A stretch of 64,000 bases of DNA from a virus (IMGVR_UViG_2684623194_000001:3803-67802), one strand, 5' to 3'. Positions 36,992 through 46,917 are shown, counted from the stretch's first letter. Translations and numbers: made by a program. Notes: generated by a model not told the origin, from the letters alone.

Positions 36992-37591
36992 ATGGACAAT
37001 CGCATCAAGCATTTTCGGGATTCGAGAAAATGGACGCAGTCCGACCTAGCGGACGAGTTGGGTGTTTCCTGGCAAACCGTTAGCCGAATGGAAAATGCGC
37101 ACACGCGCATAATGCCCAAGCACGAGACCCGGCTATCTGAGATTTTCGGCGTAGATCCGTCGGATATCTACGTTGCCTCTGAGGCGGGCGAAGCCGACGA
37201 TACGGTTTTGGTGCCCGTTCTTTCGCGCATTAGCGCTGGCAAGTTCCGCAATCAGGACGGGGTTCGAGAAGCGGATATTGAGCGCCACATCAAGGTCTCC
37301 CACCTTCCGCGTGGTGACTGGTTCGCGTTGGAAGTGGATGGCGACTCAATGGACCGGCTAGCCCCTCCGGGTTCGGTCGTGATCGTGAACCGCGCCGAGC
37401 ACGATCCGATGGATGGAAAACACTACATTTTCTCGCTGGACGATGGCGCTGCGACCTTCAAACAGTTTCGGAAAGAGCCCGAGCCTATGCTCGTGCCGCA
37501 ATCCTTCAACCCAAACCACTACGCTGTACCTGTCGGAGAGCGAGAGCTTTACGTCTTCGGCCGGGTGCGTCGCGTAATAACGGATCTCTGA
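36992..37591 (+). CDS. cI: CI-like repressor (XRE HTH + S24 peptidase)
   Basis: HTH, AG cleavage site (ISAG), catalytic GDSM and TFK. Confidence 0.92.
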   Translation: MDNRIKHFRDSRKWTQSDLADELGVSWQTVSRMENAHTRIMPKHETRLSEIFGVDPSDIYVASEAGEADDTVLVPVLSRISAGKFRNQDGVREADIERHIKVSHLPRGDWFALEVDGDSMDRLAPPGSVVIVNRAEHDPMDGKHYIFSLDDGAATFKQFRKEPEPMLVPQSFNPNHYAVPVGERELYVFGRVRRVITDL

Positions 37592-37605
37592 TGGCGGGCT
37601 GTTAG

Positions 37606-37830
37606 ATGCCGTTTGATGATGAGAAATACGACGGAACAGCGACCCGTGGAGACGTTGCCTACGTCGCGCTGGTCGCTGCCAGCGGGCTTCTAGCGATACA
37701 GCGAGCACTGGCCTCCATTGCGATGGACGGAAAGCCTTCCGTTGAAGCCATAGAGAAGATTGGCAAGGCATCTGAGGATTTGAACAAGGCCTTCGAGACG
37801 TTAACGGGGTGGCATGATGGGAGCCGTTGA
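37606..37830 (+). CDS. Small hypothetical protein (immunity region)
   Basis: 74 aa, directly downstream of cI. Confidence 0.55.
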   Translation: MPFDDEKYDGTATRGDVAYVALVAASGLLAIQRALASIAMDGKPSVEAIEKIGKASEDLNKAFETLTGWHDGSR

Positions 37831-38251
37831 CGAATCTAGGCAGGCTGACTTCGAGGCCAAAACCGCAGCGGCGCAAGCTCGTCGCCAGGATCATCCCTCG
37901 ACAACAGGGGGTGGCGGGGGCACATATGACGGCATGGAAACTCGTGTAGCCAAGCTCGAAAGCGATATGACCGACATCAAGGTGCTCCTGGGGCGCATTG
38001 ATGAGAGGCTGATAGCTATGAGCGCGGTGATGGTCACGAAGTCTGACCTTGCTGATGTCGAAAATCGCCTCAGCGATCGGATCGGGCGGGTAGAGTCTCG
38101 GGTTAGCCATATCGAAGGGGCGCTAGAGGCGAAGATGAGTACATCTCAGTTCGTCCAGTATGGGACTGGGTTGGCGGCCCTATCAGTCGCGGCGATCACC
38201 TTGCTTTTGAAGTGGCCCATCATATCAACATTCTTCACCGCCACCCCTTAG
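37814..38251 (+). CDS. Coiled-coil protein with C-terminal TM helix (immunity region)
   Basis: METRVAKLESDM...RIDERL coiled coil; hydrophobic C-terminus. Confidence 0.65.
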   Translation: MMGAVDESRQADFEAKTAAAQARRQDHPSTTGGGGGTYDGMETRVAKLESDMTDIKVLLGRIDERLIAMSAVMVTKSDLADVENRLSDRIGRVESRVSHIEGALEAKMSTSQFVQYGTGLAALSVAAITLLLKWPIISTFFTATP

Positions 38252-38276
38252 TCGCCCCCCCTATTAGCGCTTCCTA

Positions 38277-38311
38277 GCCCCGCCTGAGCGATCCGGCGGG
38301 GCTTATTTTTT
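38277..38311 (+). terminator. Intrinsic terminator of the cI operon
   Basis: GCCCCGCC...GGCGGGGC followed by TTATTTTTT. Confidence 0.8.
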
Positions 38312-38363
38312 GCCAAAAATTTTCTGCGAGCAGTGCGCCTAGGTAGCGTGCCTCTCACTTTAT

Positions 38364-38413
38364 ATCGCATATTTTTCGATAATGGTCTTGTCGAGCATCG
38401 CATAAAGTGCGAT
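38364..38413. promoter_or_regulatory. Second operator pair in front of the early-left operon
   Basis: ATCGCA-tattt-TTCGAT (38364-38380) and perfect ATCGCA-taaag-TGCGAT (38397-38413). Confidence 0.75.
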
Positions 38414-38446
38414 ATTGCCTCCATCCCCAGACGATGGAGCGCCAAG

Positions 38447-38704
38447 ATGGCCCGCAACGAAGCCCACGATCCCGGCCCCTTCTTCACAGTCGCCGACGAA
38501 GACATTCGCGGCGAGTACGGCAACCAGCGTGACGATCACGGCCGGTTCTTCTGCGGCCTGATGTACGGGCTCTCCATCACCGCTGGTGTGATGTTCCTCG
38601 CCTACTTCATGTGGGTTGGAATGGGCATCGCCAAGGTAGACGCCCTTCGCCATCAGGAAGCCTTCAGCGGCTATCGCACTGCTTCGACGGAGCAGGGACG
38701 ATGA
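38447..38704 (+). CDS. Small membrane protein (first early-left gene)
   Basis: RBS GGAG; one TM segment. Confidence 0.55.
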   Translation: MARNEAHDPGPFFTVADEDIRGEYGNQRDDHGRFFCGLMYGLSITAGVMFLAYFMWVGMGIAKVDALRHQEAFSGYRTASTEQGR

Positions 38705-38967
38705 GCGCCTTCATGGCAATGCTGACATCGCCCGTGAAGGGTCTGCGTCGGCTTCCCCCATACCGTCCCGCAGTTGGCACTCAATGTGAAGTGTCTGGTC
38801 CGAATTGCGATAACGACGAAGGCTATACGTGGAGTGACACGACCGTTTTATGGTCGGACGACACTTTTGTTCTCTACGGCAGGCAGGGTTACTGGCCTGT
38901 CCTGAACAAGTGGGAGCATTGCCTCTTCCGCTCTGCCGCCATCGCCAAGGCGGAGGGCCGAGCATGA
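38701..38967 (+). CDS. Hypothetical phage protein
   Basis: Coupled ATGA overlaps on both sides. Confidence 0.55.
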   Translation: MSAFMAMLTSPVKGLRRLPPYRPAVGTQCEVSGPNCDNDEGYTWSDTTVLWSDDTFVLYGRQGYWPVLNKWEHCLFRSAAIAKAEGRA

Positions 38968-39067
38968 CGCCGCGTACCGACAAGCTCCCCGCCCGCATCC
39001 TCATGGTCTCCATCATCCTCACCGCCGCGCTGGTTCTCTACCTCGCGCATAGCCTCGGAGCATTCGC

Positions 39068-39412
39068 ATGAACATGCTCTCTCACAGCCGCTTCAGCACC
39101 TATCAGCCAGCAGAAGGCCCGGCCAACGCTACGATCGATCTCGACGTGCCCATGTACGTCGGCGGCGCCTACTTCTGCGACTTTCAGGCCAAGGTCTCTT
39201 TCATCCGTGACGAGACAGACCGAGACGGCTTCAGCGTCGAAGAGATGACGGTCGTGGATCTTCGGGGCGGATACCCCGGCAAGATCGTGCGTCGGTACAA
39301 CGGCGGCGGTCCGCTCGAACACGACATGGCCTGCGCGATCCTCAAGGAGTTTCACGCGGACGGTTCGCTCCGTCGCGCCGAAGAAGCCATGAAGAAGGCG
39401 GAAGCGGCATGA
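39068..39412 (+). CDS. Hypothetical phage protein
   Basis: 114 aa, coupled. Confidence 0.6.
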   Translation: MNMLSHSRFSTYQPAEGPANATIDLDVPMYVGGAYFCDFQAKVSFIRDETDRDGFSVEEMTVVDLRGGYPGKIVRRYNGGGPLEHDMACAILKEFHADGSLRRAEEAMKKAEAA

Positions 39413-40125
39413 GCAACGCCCTCACCCACATGGATACGGCGCCCGTTGCAGAGCGCCAGCCTGTCACTCCGATGGAGATGCTGAACAATGCCCTTGCCAA
39501 GGGCGCAAGCGTCGAGATGCTGGAGAAGCTTCTGACACTTCAGGAAAAGTGGGAGTCGGGGCAGGCACGGCGCGCCTTTGACGCTGCCCTGTCGGCTGCG
39601 AAGTCCGAAATTCCGGTCATCCTGAAGAACGCCAGCGGACACAACAACAAGCGGTACGCGGACTTCGCGGCCATCGCCCGTGTGGTCGATCCGATCATCT
39701 CCAAGCACGGCCTGTCCTACCGGTTTCGCACGCGGCAGGACGAGCGAATCCATGTGACCTGTGTCCTCTCTCACGAGGCTGGCCACAGCGAAGAGAACAC
39801 GCTTGCCGGCCCTGCCGATAGCTCGGGAAGCAAGAACGCTATTCAGGCGATCGGCTCCACACTGACCTACCTCCAGCGCTATTCTCTGACGCAGGCTCTT
39901 GGGCTCGCGGCCTCTGAAGATGACGATGGTCGCACCGCGAACGTTCGTTCGGTCGACACTATCAGCGAGGATCAGGTGATCCAGATCCGCGAGATGCTGG
40001 AAGCCACGAACTCGAACGTGAAAGCCTTCTTAGAGGTAGGCCGGTACGAGCGCTTGGAAGACATCCTCGCGAGCGACTTCGACAGCGCCATGCGGATGTT
40101 GAAGCAGAAGGCGGCGCGCCGGTGA
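39409..40125 (+). CDS. erf: ERF-family single-strand annealing protein
   Basis: YADF...HGLSY...SKNAIQAIGSTLTYLQRYSL...EDDDG. Confidence 0.88.
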   Translation: MSNALTHMDTAPVAERQPVTPMEMLNNALAKGASVEMLEKLLTLQEKWESGQARRAFDAALSAAKSEIPVILKNASGHNNKRYADFAAIARVVDPIISKHGLSYRFRTRQDERIHVTCVLSHEAGHSEENTLAGPADSSGSKNAIQAIGSTLTYLQRYSLTQALGLAASEDDDGRTANVRSVDTISEDQVIQIREMLEATNSNVKAFLEVGRYERLEDILASDFDSAMRMLKQKAARR

Positions 40126-40754
40126 GCCCTCAGGTCTTCGACATGGAACAGGGCGGGCCGGAATGGTTCGCCGCGCGCGCCGGCATCCCGACCGCCAGCA
40201 TGTTCGCCACCGTCCTTGCCAAGGGCAAGGGGGACACCGCGAGCAAGACGCGCCGCACCTACATGCTCAAGCTCGCCGGCGAGATCCTGACTGGCGAGCC
40301 CATGGAGAGCTACACGAACGCGCACATGGAGCGCGGCCGGTCCATGGAGGACGACGCGCGCCGCGCCTACGCCTTCATGGCTGACGCCGACCCCGATCTC
40401 GTCGGGTTCATCCGGTCCGGCCAGAAGGGGTGCAGCCCCGATAGCCTTCTCGGCGCCGATGGCCTTTTGGAGATCAAGACCAAGCTCCCGCACATCCTGA
40501 TCGACGTGCTTCTGCGCGGTGAGATCCCGCCCGAGCACATCGCACAGTGCCAGGGCCAGCTTTGGGTCGCGGAACGGGAATGGGTGGACTTCGTGGCCTA
40601 CTGGCCCGGCCTGCCCTTGTTCGTGAAGCGCGCCTATCGCGACGAGGCCTATATCGCGGACCTCTCCAAGGCCGTGGACCTCTTCAATGATCAGCTGGCC
40701 GATATGGTCGCGCAGGTGAAGGCGTTCGAACCGCCTCAGGCGGTGGCGGCATGA
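40122..40754 (+). CDS. YqaJ/lambda-exonuclease family protein
   Basis: EWFAARAGIPTAS, GCSPD, LEIK, QCQGQLW. Confidence 0.9.
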   Translation: MSPQVFDMEQGGPEWFAARAGIPTASMFATVLAKGKGDTASKTRRTYMLKLAGEILTGEPMESYTNAHMERGRSMEDDARRAYAFMADADPDLVGFIRSGQKGCSPDSLLGADGLLEIKTKLPHILIDVLLRGEIPPEHIAQCQGQLWVAEREWVDFVAYWPGLPLFVKRAYRDEAYIADLSKAVDLFNDQLADMVAQVKAFEPPQAVAA

Positions 40755-41263
40755 AGACCCCCGCCTTGATCTTTGATTGGGACGGCGAGTGCCTTCGTCC
40801 GGCCGCCCCGTACATGGCGAAGCTGGCTGACCGCCACCTGACGATCGGCGAGCGCTATCGCATGTCGGCTGAGGAAGAGCGTTCGATCGCCTCGCACAAC
40901 CACTACTTCGCGGCCCTGCATGAGGCCTGGGTGAACCTGCCCGAGGGCATGGCCCGCGACTTCCCGAGCGCCGAGCACCTCCGCCATTATGCGCTGATCG
41001 CCACCGGCTACTGCGACAGCCAGACGATCACCTGCGCTTCGAAGGCAGAAGCTGTTCGGATTGCCGCCTTCATGGAGCCCATCGACCCGTTCTCGGTCGT
41101 TACGGCGCGCGAAGCCACGGTGACGCGCTTTGTCGCTCGCTCGCAGTCCATGAAGGCCATGGGCAAGCAGGAATTCCAGCAGTCGAAAGATCGTGTGCTC
41201 GATTTCGTCGCGCAGATGATCGACACCGACGCCAAGAGCCTGACGCAAGTGAGGGCCGCGTGA
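40751..41263 (+). CDS. NinB-like/hypothetical recombination protein
   Basis: RSIASHNHYFA and SQSMKAMGKQEF motifs. Confidence 0.5.
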   Translation: MKTPALIFDWDGECLRPAAPYMAKLADRHLTIGERYRMSAEEERSIASHNHYFAALHEAWVNLPEGMARDFPSAEHLRHYALIATGYCDSQTITCASKAEAVRIAAFMEPIDPFSVVTAREATVTRFVARSQSMKAMGKQEFQQSKDRVLDFVAQMIDTDAKSLTQVRAA

Positions 41264-41658
41264 TGTCCATGATCCGCTTCCCCGACACTGCCTTCTCTCT
41301 TGACCGCCACGACAAGACGACGAAGCGCATCGAAGACAAGGATCACCTCGCCTTCATCCGCACACTGCCGAGCGTCGTATCGTTCCAGACCGGTGTTGAA
41401 GCCTGCCACATCCGCTTTGGCGAGCCTCTCCATCGCAAGCCTAAGACAGCGGGTGGACGAAAGCCGGATGACTGGCACGTCCTGCCACTGACGCCGGAAG
41501 AGCACCGCGAACAGCACTCCATGAACGAACGGCACTGGTGGACCCGACAAGGTTTCACCGACCCGGTTGGCGTGGCTTTGAAGCTGTACGAGGTCACCGG
41601 CCAGTTCAACGAAGCCATTGAGATCATTCGCGCTGCCCGTCGTGAGGCCCGCCGATGA
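41260..41658 (+). CDS. DUF968/HNH-like nuclease
   Basis: HLAFIRTLP...EACHIR...KPDD..VLPL...HREQH. Confidence 0.75.
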   Translation: MMSMIRFPDTAFSLDRHDKTTKRIEDKDHLAFIRTLPSVVSFQTGVEACHIRFGEPLHRKPKTAGGRKPDDWHVLPLTPEEHREQHSMNERHWWTRQGFTDPVGVALKLYEVTGQFNEAIEIIRAARREARR

Positions 41659-42020
41659 GTGACCTTTCCCGAAATCACGCCGCTCTGGCGATGCAATTGA
41701 GGCCTAAGATGAAGGACATCACCCACACGCCCGGGCCTTGGCATGTCGCAATGCGGCAGCGAATTGGCATCACAGTCCGCGCAGCCGAAGAGAAGCCGAT
41801 CGCTGATATCTGGCAGAACGGCGATGACCCAATGGCCAACGCCCGTCTGATCGCCGCCGCGCCCGATCTGCTAAAAGCGCTCCAGACCATCGCTCACATC
41901 GCGCACCACAACTTCGGCCGTCAGACCGAGAAGCTGGCCGACATCGAGCCGATCGCTCGCGAAGCCATTTCCAAAGCCTCCCCCAATCTTCCCTCCGCAA
42001 GCCAGGAGGGCGGGGAATGA
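41655..42020 (+). CDS. Hypothetical phage protein
   Basis: HTPGPW...ANARLIAAAPDLL motif. Confidence 0.75.
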   Translation: MSDLSRNHAALAMQLRPKMKDITHTPGPWHVAMRQRIGITVRAAEEKPIADIWQNGDDPMANARLIAAAPDLLKALQTIAHIAHHNFGRQTEKLADIEPIAREAISKASPNLPSASQEGGE

Positions 42021-42673
42021 AGGACTGCGCCATCTTCCTCTGCGACCGGACTGGCGTTGCAGCCCAACCTTGGGCTGAGGCCGGCATTGAATGCTTCTGC
42101 GTTGATGTTCAGCATTCGATACGCCGCGACCGCACCGAGGGTCTGATCCATTTCGTCTGGGGTGATGCCCGCTCGTGGACGCCGCCCGAAGGCTATCGAC
42201 CCATCTTCGTGGGCGCATGGCCTCCCTGCACCCATGTTTCAGTCAGCGGCACCCGCGATCACGGAAAGAAGCGCGGCCACATGCTGCGCGACGCCTTGGA
42301 AATCTTCGAGGCGTGCCGTCAGTCCATCGCTTGGTCAGGGGCTCCGGGCTTCCTCGAAAACCCTGTCGGCATCCTTTCGAGCATCCCGCACATCGGCAAG
42401 CCGGGTCACTACTTCCACCCGGCCGACTACACCGGCTGGTGCGAGGATGACCACTACACGAAGAAGACCTGCATCTGGCCCATGAACGGGTTCGTCATGC
42501 CGCCCAAGTTGGTCGGCCAGCAATTCTCCGGTGTCGTTCCCGACAACCGCATCCACTTCGCAAGCCCGTCAGACGATCGAGGCGACATCCGGAGCGCTAC
42601 GCCGCTCGGTTTCTCGCGCGCCGTCTTCCACGCCAACGCGCCCGCGCACCTTCGCGAAAGGCTCGCCGCATGA
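42017..42673 (+). CDS. Dcm-like DNA cytosine methyltransferase
   Basis: PPCTH catalytic motif, LENPVG, YTKKTC, RSATP.GF. Confidence 0.7.
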   Translation: MKDCAIFLCDRTGVAAQPWAEAGIECFCVDVQHSIRRDRTEGLIHFVWGDARSWTPPEGYRPIFVGAWPPCTHVSVSGTRDHGKKRGHMLRDALEIFEACRQSIAWSGAPGFLENPVGILSSIPHIGKPGHYFHPADYTGWCEDDHYTKKTCIWPMNGFVMPPKLVGQQFSGVVPDNRIHFASPSDDRGDIRSATPLGFSRAVFHANAPAHLRERLAA

Positions 42674-43350
42674 CCAAGACCCCATCAGCCACGCCTTCCG
42701 TGAGCGTGGAGAGCGAAGAGTATGTGCTGGTTCCGAGGGAGCCCACGCGCGAGATGGTGGACGCTGGCCGCATCTATGGCTGGGACGATCCCGAGCACGA
42801 GGCAAGCTGCATCGGCCATCCTGAAACGCGCGCGAGCATCTACCGCGCCATGGTTGCAGCCGCCCCAAATCCGACGCCTGATTTCGTGCAGGTGCCCTAC
42901 GACGATTTCCACTCTGCCTACGGTCATGTCCCGCGCTCAAAGATGTCGCCATACCGCTGTCTCAAGACACGGCTGCGGTCTCTCTTGCGCGCTGATGATT
43001 TGGACCACGCTGACGAGGCCGAAGCCTTGGCCGCCGCTCCTGCCCCCAACCCCTCACCGGCCGCAAAGAGCGGGGAAGCCGAGGCGGCGGCAAACTATGA
43101 CGGTTGGAAGTCGATCGACACGGCACCGGAGGACGAGCACGTACTGCTATCCACTACGGGAGGTCATGTGGGCGAGGCCCTCATGCTCATTGATGAAGAC
43201 ACCGGCCAGCAGAAATGGACATGGGCTGGTGGCCCAGTGTCAAAATTTCATCAGCCGCTTGGGTGGATGCCAATGCCCAAAGCTCTCTCAAAGCCTGTTC
43301 TTTCCGATCTCCGCAATGGCGGGTTCGATGGCCCGACAGGAGCCGAATAA
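42670..43350 (+). CDS. Mosaic hypothetical protein with DUF551-like C-terminus
   Basis: LVPREPT..M, IYRAMVAAAP, WKSIDTAP...GWMPMP. Confidence 0.65.
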   Translation: MTKTPSATPSVSVESEEYVLVPREPTREMVDAGRIYGWDDPEHEASCIGHPETRASIYRAMVAAAPNPTPDFVQVPYDDFHSAYGHVPRSKMSPYRCLKTRLRSLLRADDLDHADEAEALAAAPAPNPSPAAKSGEAEAAANYDGWKSIDTAPEDEHVLLSTTGGHVGEALMLIDEDTGQQKWTWAGGPVSKFHQPLGWMPMPKALSKPVLSDLRNGGFDGPTGAE

Positions 43351-43352
43351 AC

Positions 43353-44231
43353 ATGTCTATTTCACACACGACCCGCTCGGCTTCATTTGATGAGGTTGTC
43401 AAAGAGATGGATCGGCGCGGACATGTGATCGAAGCGCTTGAGGCGAAGATCGCCGCCCTCGCCACCCCTTTACCCCAGCCGGCAGATGCCGTGCGGGAGG
43501 GTGCAGAAGCCGCCGACCTTTTCGTAAAGCTCTTCTTGTCGTTCGTAGGACGCGATCGCGGGACAGACCGCTTCGAAAAGACGATGGACGACCTAACGGC
43601 AGAAGCCGCAAAGGTCGTGGACAAGATTGAGGCCGTCCGCGCCGCCCTCACCGAGCCAGCCCCGGCTACGATCGGCAACCCTGCGACGGAAGAAGAGTGG
43701 CAGGATCGCAACGGCCTGAGTTCGGACGAAACCTCCGAGCCAGCCCCGGCCGGGGAGGCAGTGGAGCCGGTCGCTTGGACGTACGAATATCTTTGTGAGG
43801 GGTACTGGACGTCAGCACTGGAAGGCTACCGCCCAAAAGCCGCCCCCTCTATTCGGAACATTCGCCCCCTCTACGCCCACCCCGCCCCCGAAGACACCGC
43901 GCGCCTGCGGGAGGATTTGGAACGGGCAAATGCTAAAGCGAACGGTTTCACCAAAGCCTATGGCATGCGGTTGGCTAGATTTGTAACTCAAGCAGAAGAA
44001 CTTGAAGTCACGAAGCGCGATCGTGACGATGCGCGGAAGGCGCTAGAGGCGGCGCAGACGAAGGTGGCGGTTCTTGATGGGCTGCTGACCGCGAAGGACG
44101 TGTGGTTTGACTTCGGGTCTGGGTTCCGCGCTCATTTCAGCTTCGAACCCTTCACGGACAGCCCGTGGCGGGCTGATCTACACGGCCTCCACGCCGCCGC
44201 CCGCTCCGCTTCCAGGGAGGCCACCCGATGA
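43353..44231 (+). CDS. Mosaic Ea/Nin-type hypothetical protein
   Basis: EPVAW...PLYAHP motif and coiled coil; likely start ATG 43353. Confidence 0.6.
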   Translation: MSISHTTRSASFDEVVKEMDRRGHVIEALEAKIAALATPLPQPADAVREGAEAADLFVKLFLSFVGRDRGTDRFEKTMDDLTAEAAKVVDKIEAVRAALTEPAPATIGNPATEEEWQDRNGLSSDETSEPAPAGEAVEPVAWTYEYLCEGYWTSALEGYRPKAAPSIRNIRPLYAHPAPEDTARLREDLERANAKANGFTKAYGMRLARFVTQAEELEVTKRDRDDARKALEAAQTKVAVLDGLLTAKDVWFDFGSGFRAHFSFEPFTDSPWRADLHGLHAAARSASREATR

Positions 44232-44725
44232 GCAAGGGCAACGACCTGATCGAGCGTCTGCGCGAACCGTTGGCAACCGAAAAGACTATGCAGCGCTGGG
44301 ATGCTTGGCGCCGCTACCATATGGATGGCGGCAAAGCGACTTGGACTAGAGACGAATTCGAGAGCCTTCTTGAAAGTCTGGACGAGGATCGATGTGATGC
44401 TCTCGCCACCATCGCCAGCCTCTCCGAAGCGCTGGCAGAGGCGGAGAAGAAGGGGGCTGAGGACGGCTGGATGCCAATCGAGACGGCGCCGAGAGATGCT
44501 GAGGCGGTTCTCATCACAGGCGGCACGTGGCTCTACAGTGAGAGCTTTGCAGATGGCATGTGCGATTGGACCGCTATTGCCACCTTCGATCCAAACGCAT
44601 CAGGCGACCATAAATGGAATGGCGGCAACGGCACTGAGTACGACGGCATCTATTATCACAATCCAACTCACTGGCGCCCCCTTCCACCCCCGCCCCGCGA
44701 TCTCTCCCAAGGAGGCCAGCCATGA
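44228..44725 (+). CDS. DUF551-like protein
   Basis: WMPIETAPRD...PTHWRPLP. Confidence 0.7.
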   Translation: MSKGNDLIERLREPLATEKTMQRWDAWRRYHMDGGKATWTRDEFESLLESLDEDRCDALATIASLSEALAEAEKKGAEDGWMPIETAPRDAEAVLITGGTWLYSESFADGMCDWTAIATFDPNASGDHKWNGGNGTEYDGIYYHNPTHWRPLPPPPRDLSQGGQP

Positions 44726-45012
44726 GCGAGAAGCTGACGGAGGCTTTCGGGGTACTGATGGATCGCGTCGTGAACCCCACTTGTGACGAGTGCGGAATTT
44801 CACTCAATTTGCGCGGTCGCAATCACTGGGGAGCCCACCTTTGCGTCGTCTGCCAACAGCGCGGGCGACTGGAAATGCGAGCTCGTCACGCAGACGCAAT
44901 GAGCCAAGAGAGGCCAGATAGGAAGATCCACACGGTAAAGCTGCCTGAAGCAATGCAGCGCGAGTTCGCCGCTGGCCGCGCCGCGATCTCTCGCGAGGAT
45001 GGGGAGCGGTGA
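44722..45012 (+). CDS. Small zinc-finger protein
   Basis: CDEC...CVVC. Confidence 0.6.
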   Translation: MSEKLTEAFGVLMDRVVNPTCDECGISLNLRGRNHWGAHLCVVCQQRGRLEMRARHADAMSQERPDRKIHTVKLPEAMQREFAAGRAAISREDGER

Positions 45013-45446
45013 TGGGACAGCAAATCACGCCTACCGCTGGGATTGGGCCGGATGTTCCCGTTCGCCTCTCTGATGCCTGCCGCCTCTTCCTAGGCGGCAT
45101 GATCACTCCAGCCAGCCTCAGAACCGAAGCCCGCAAGGGTAATCTTGAAATGCTGCGAATCGCGGGCAAGGACTTCGTCACCCGTTCCGCATTGGAGGCT
45201 ATGAACCAGAAATGCCGCGTCCAAAGTCACCCCCAAGGCTCCAGCGTCGCGCCGACCGCCCGACCGATGCGGAGCGCGCAGCCGGCATCGTCCGCTACAA
45301 CTGGGTCATCCGAGACGGAGACAAGTACGTCCGCACAGGATGCGCTGAGGCTGACCGCTCAGAGGCTGAGAGAAAGCTCGCGGAATACCTCGGCGAGAAG
45401 CACGACCCGGTCCACAGAAACAGCGCAAGTGCTGAGCTTGAGATAG
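45009..45446 (+). CDS. xis: Putative excisionase, overlapping the integrase 5' end
   Basis: Winged-HTH-like SLRTEARKGNL..RIAGKDFVT; directly precedes int. Confidence 0.65.
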   Translation: MMGQQITPTAGIGPDVPVRLSDACRLFLGGMITPASLRTEARKGNLEMLRIAGKDFVTRSALEAMNQKCRVQSHPQGSSVAPTARPMRSAQPASSATTGSSETETSTSAQDALRLTAQRLRESSRNTSARSTTRSTETAQVLSLR

Positions 45447-46309
45447 CGGACATCCTCAACGTCTACGGCCGGGAGAAAGGACCCGACACGGCTCGCCCGG
45501 CTGAAACGGCATCCGCCCTACTCCGCCTTGATGCCTTCTGGGGGAAGATGAAGGCCTCCGACATTCTCGGCCCGACCTGTCGGGCGTACACCGAACACAG
45601 AGGGCGGCCTGCTGCAGCAAGACGCGATCTGGAAGTCCTGAGAGCCGCCGTAAAGCATTACAAGCGGGAGTACGGCATGGAGGCCGAGCCGGTCTTCACC
45701 TTGCCTCCCAAATCAATCCCGCGAGAGCGCTGGCTGACCCGGGACGAAGTCGCAAAACTGGTCTGGGTCTGCTATAGATCGAAGGGAAACGACAAGCGCC
45801 TTCACCTCGTTCGGTTCATCCTCATCGCCGTTTATACAGGCACTCGGCATGATGCGATCCTTCGGCTTCAGTGGATGCCGAATACGACTGGGGGATGGGC
45901 GGATCTGCAGAGCGCCCGCCTCTATCGACGCCCAGCCCTAACCCGCGAGACGAAGAAGAGAACGCCGACCATCCGCATTCCCGACCGTCTGCTGGCTCAC
46001 ATGCGGCGCTGGAAGAAACAGGACCAAGGAATCCTCAATGTGATCCACTACCAAGGTCGGGCAATTGGCCGGTTGGAGAAGTCGTTTCGAAGTGCCCGGG
46101 AGGATGCTGGGCTAGGAGAGGACGTGATCCCTCACGCTCTTCGGCATACAGCTATCACCTGGCTCATGCAGGCGGGCGTGAACATCAACGAGGTGTCGGG
46201 TTTCACAGGGGTGACGACTGAGGAGCTGCAGCGGACCTACTGGCATCATTCGCCAGACTTTCACTCCAGCATCGCCACGGCTCGAATGTCACGAAAACCG
46301 CGTATCTGA
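45212..46309 (+). CDS. int: Tyrosine integrase of the prophage
   Basis: YTGTR, HALRHT and a C-terminal YWHH segment; next to tRNA-Pro. Confidence 0.93.
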   Translation: MPRPKSPPRLQRRADRPTDAERAAGIVRYNWVIRDGDKYVRTGCAEADRSEAERKLAEYLGEKHDPVHRNSASAELEIADILNVYGREKGPDTARPAETASALLRLDAFWGKMKASDILGPTCRAYTEHRGRPAAARRDLEVLRAAVKHYKREYGMEAEPVFTLPPKSIPRERWLTRDEVAKLVWVCYRSKGNDKRLHLVRFILIAVYTGTRHDAILRLQWMPNTTGGWADLQSARLYRRPALTRETKKRTPTIRIPDRLLAHMRRWKKQDQGILNVIHYQGRAIGRLEKSFRSAREDAGLGEDVIPHALRHTAITWLMQAGVNINEVSGFTGVTTEELQRTYWHHSPDFHSSIATARMSRKPRI

Positions 46310-46326
46310 GCGAATATCTGAGCGAA
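46305..46326 (+). repeat. Direct repeat TCTGAGCGAA x2; candidate integrase arm-type sites
   Basis: tctgagcgaa-ta-tctgagcgaa between int and the tRNA. Confidence 0.5.
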
Positions 46327-46372
46327 TTTTTGGAGGAAGAGGAAGTCGGTATGCCTAAGGCCTTGAGAGTGT

Positions 46373-46449
46373 TGGTCGGAGTGGCAGGATTTGAACCTGC
46401 GACCCCCTCGTCCCGAACGAGGTGCGCTACCAGGCTGCGCTACACTCCG
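46373..46449 (-). tRNA. tRNA-Pro(CGG); integration target of the prophage
   Basis: 77-nt cloverleaf with CCA; anticodon loop TTCGGGA. Confidence 0.97.
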
Positions 46450-46622
46450 TGGCCGAGCGGGGATATAGCCAAACGCAGATGAGTCCGCAACACCTTTCCA
46501 CGCTCGGCGGGCGGAATTTCGAAAGAGCCCGATCCGCTCTCGCCTCGCCACCTGATCGGCTCTCGCCCTGTTGCCAGCACGCCCGCGCCCGACTATAGAG
46601 AGCGCGGACTTGCCGTCGGTCT

Positions 46623-46697
46623 TGGGGCGTAGCCAAGCGGTAAGGCAGCGGTTTTTGGTACCGCCATCCCCTGGTTCGAATCCAGGCGCCCCAGCCA
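46623..46697 (+). tRNA. tRNA-Gln(TTG)
   Basis: 75-nt cloverleaf with CCA; anticodon loop TTTTGGT. Confidence 0.96.
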
Positions 46698-46917
46698 ACC
46701 GCCTGAAATTGTTATATTTCAAAGACTTACGGGTTCGGCGATTTGGCCATGTGTACCAGTCACATGGCCTGTACGCATATTCCAATCGATAGAGCCAAAT
46801 CTGACATCATCGGTGTTGACCCGCTGGGTCAAGCGCGACTTTTCCCCAGCCCAACCGCAGTATTTCAAAACAGCCGAAATTTTCGTGAACGCCTTTCTGC
46901 TCTAAGGCGCAAAAATC

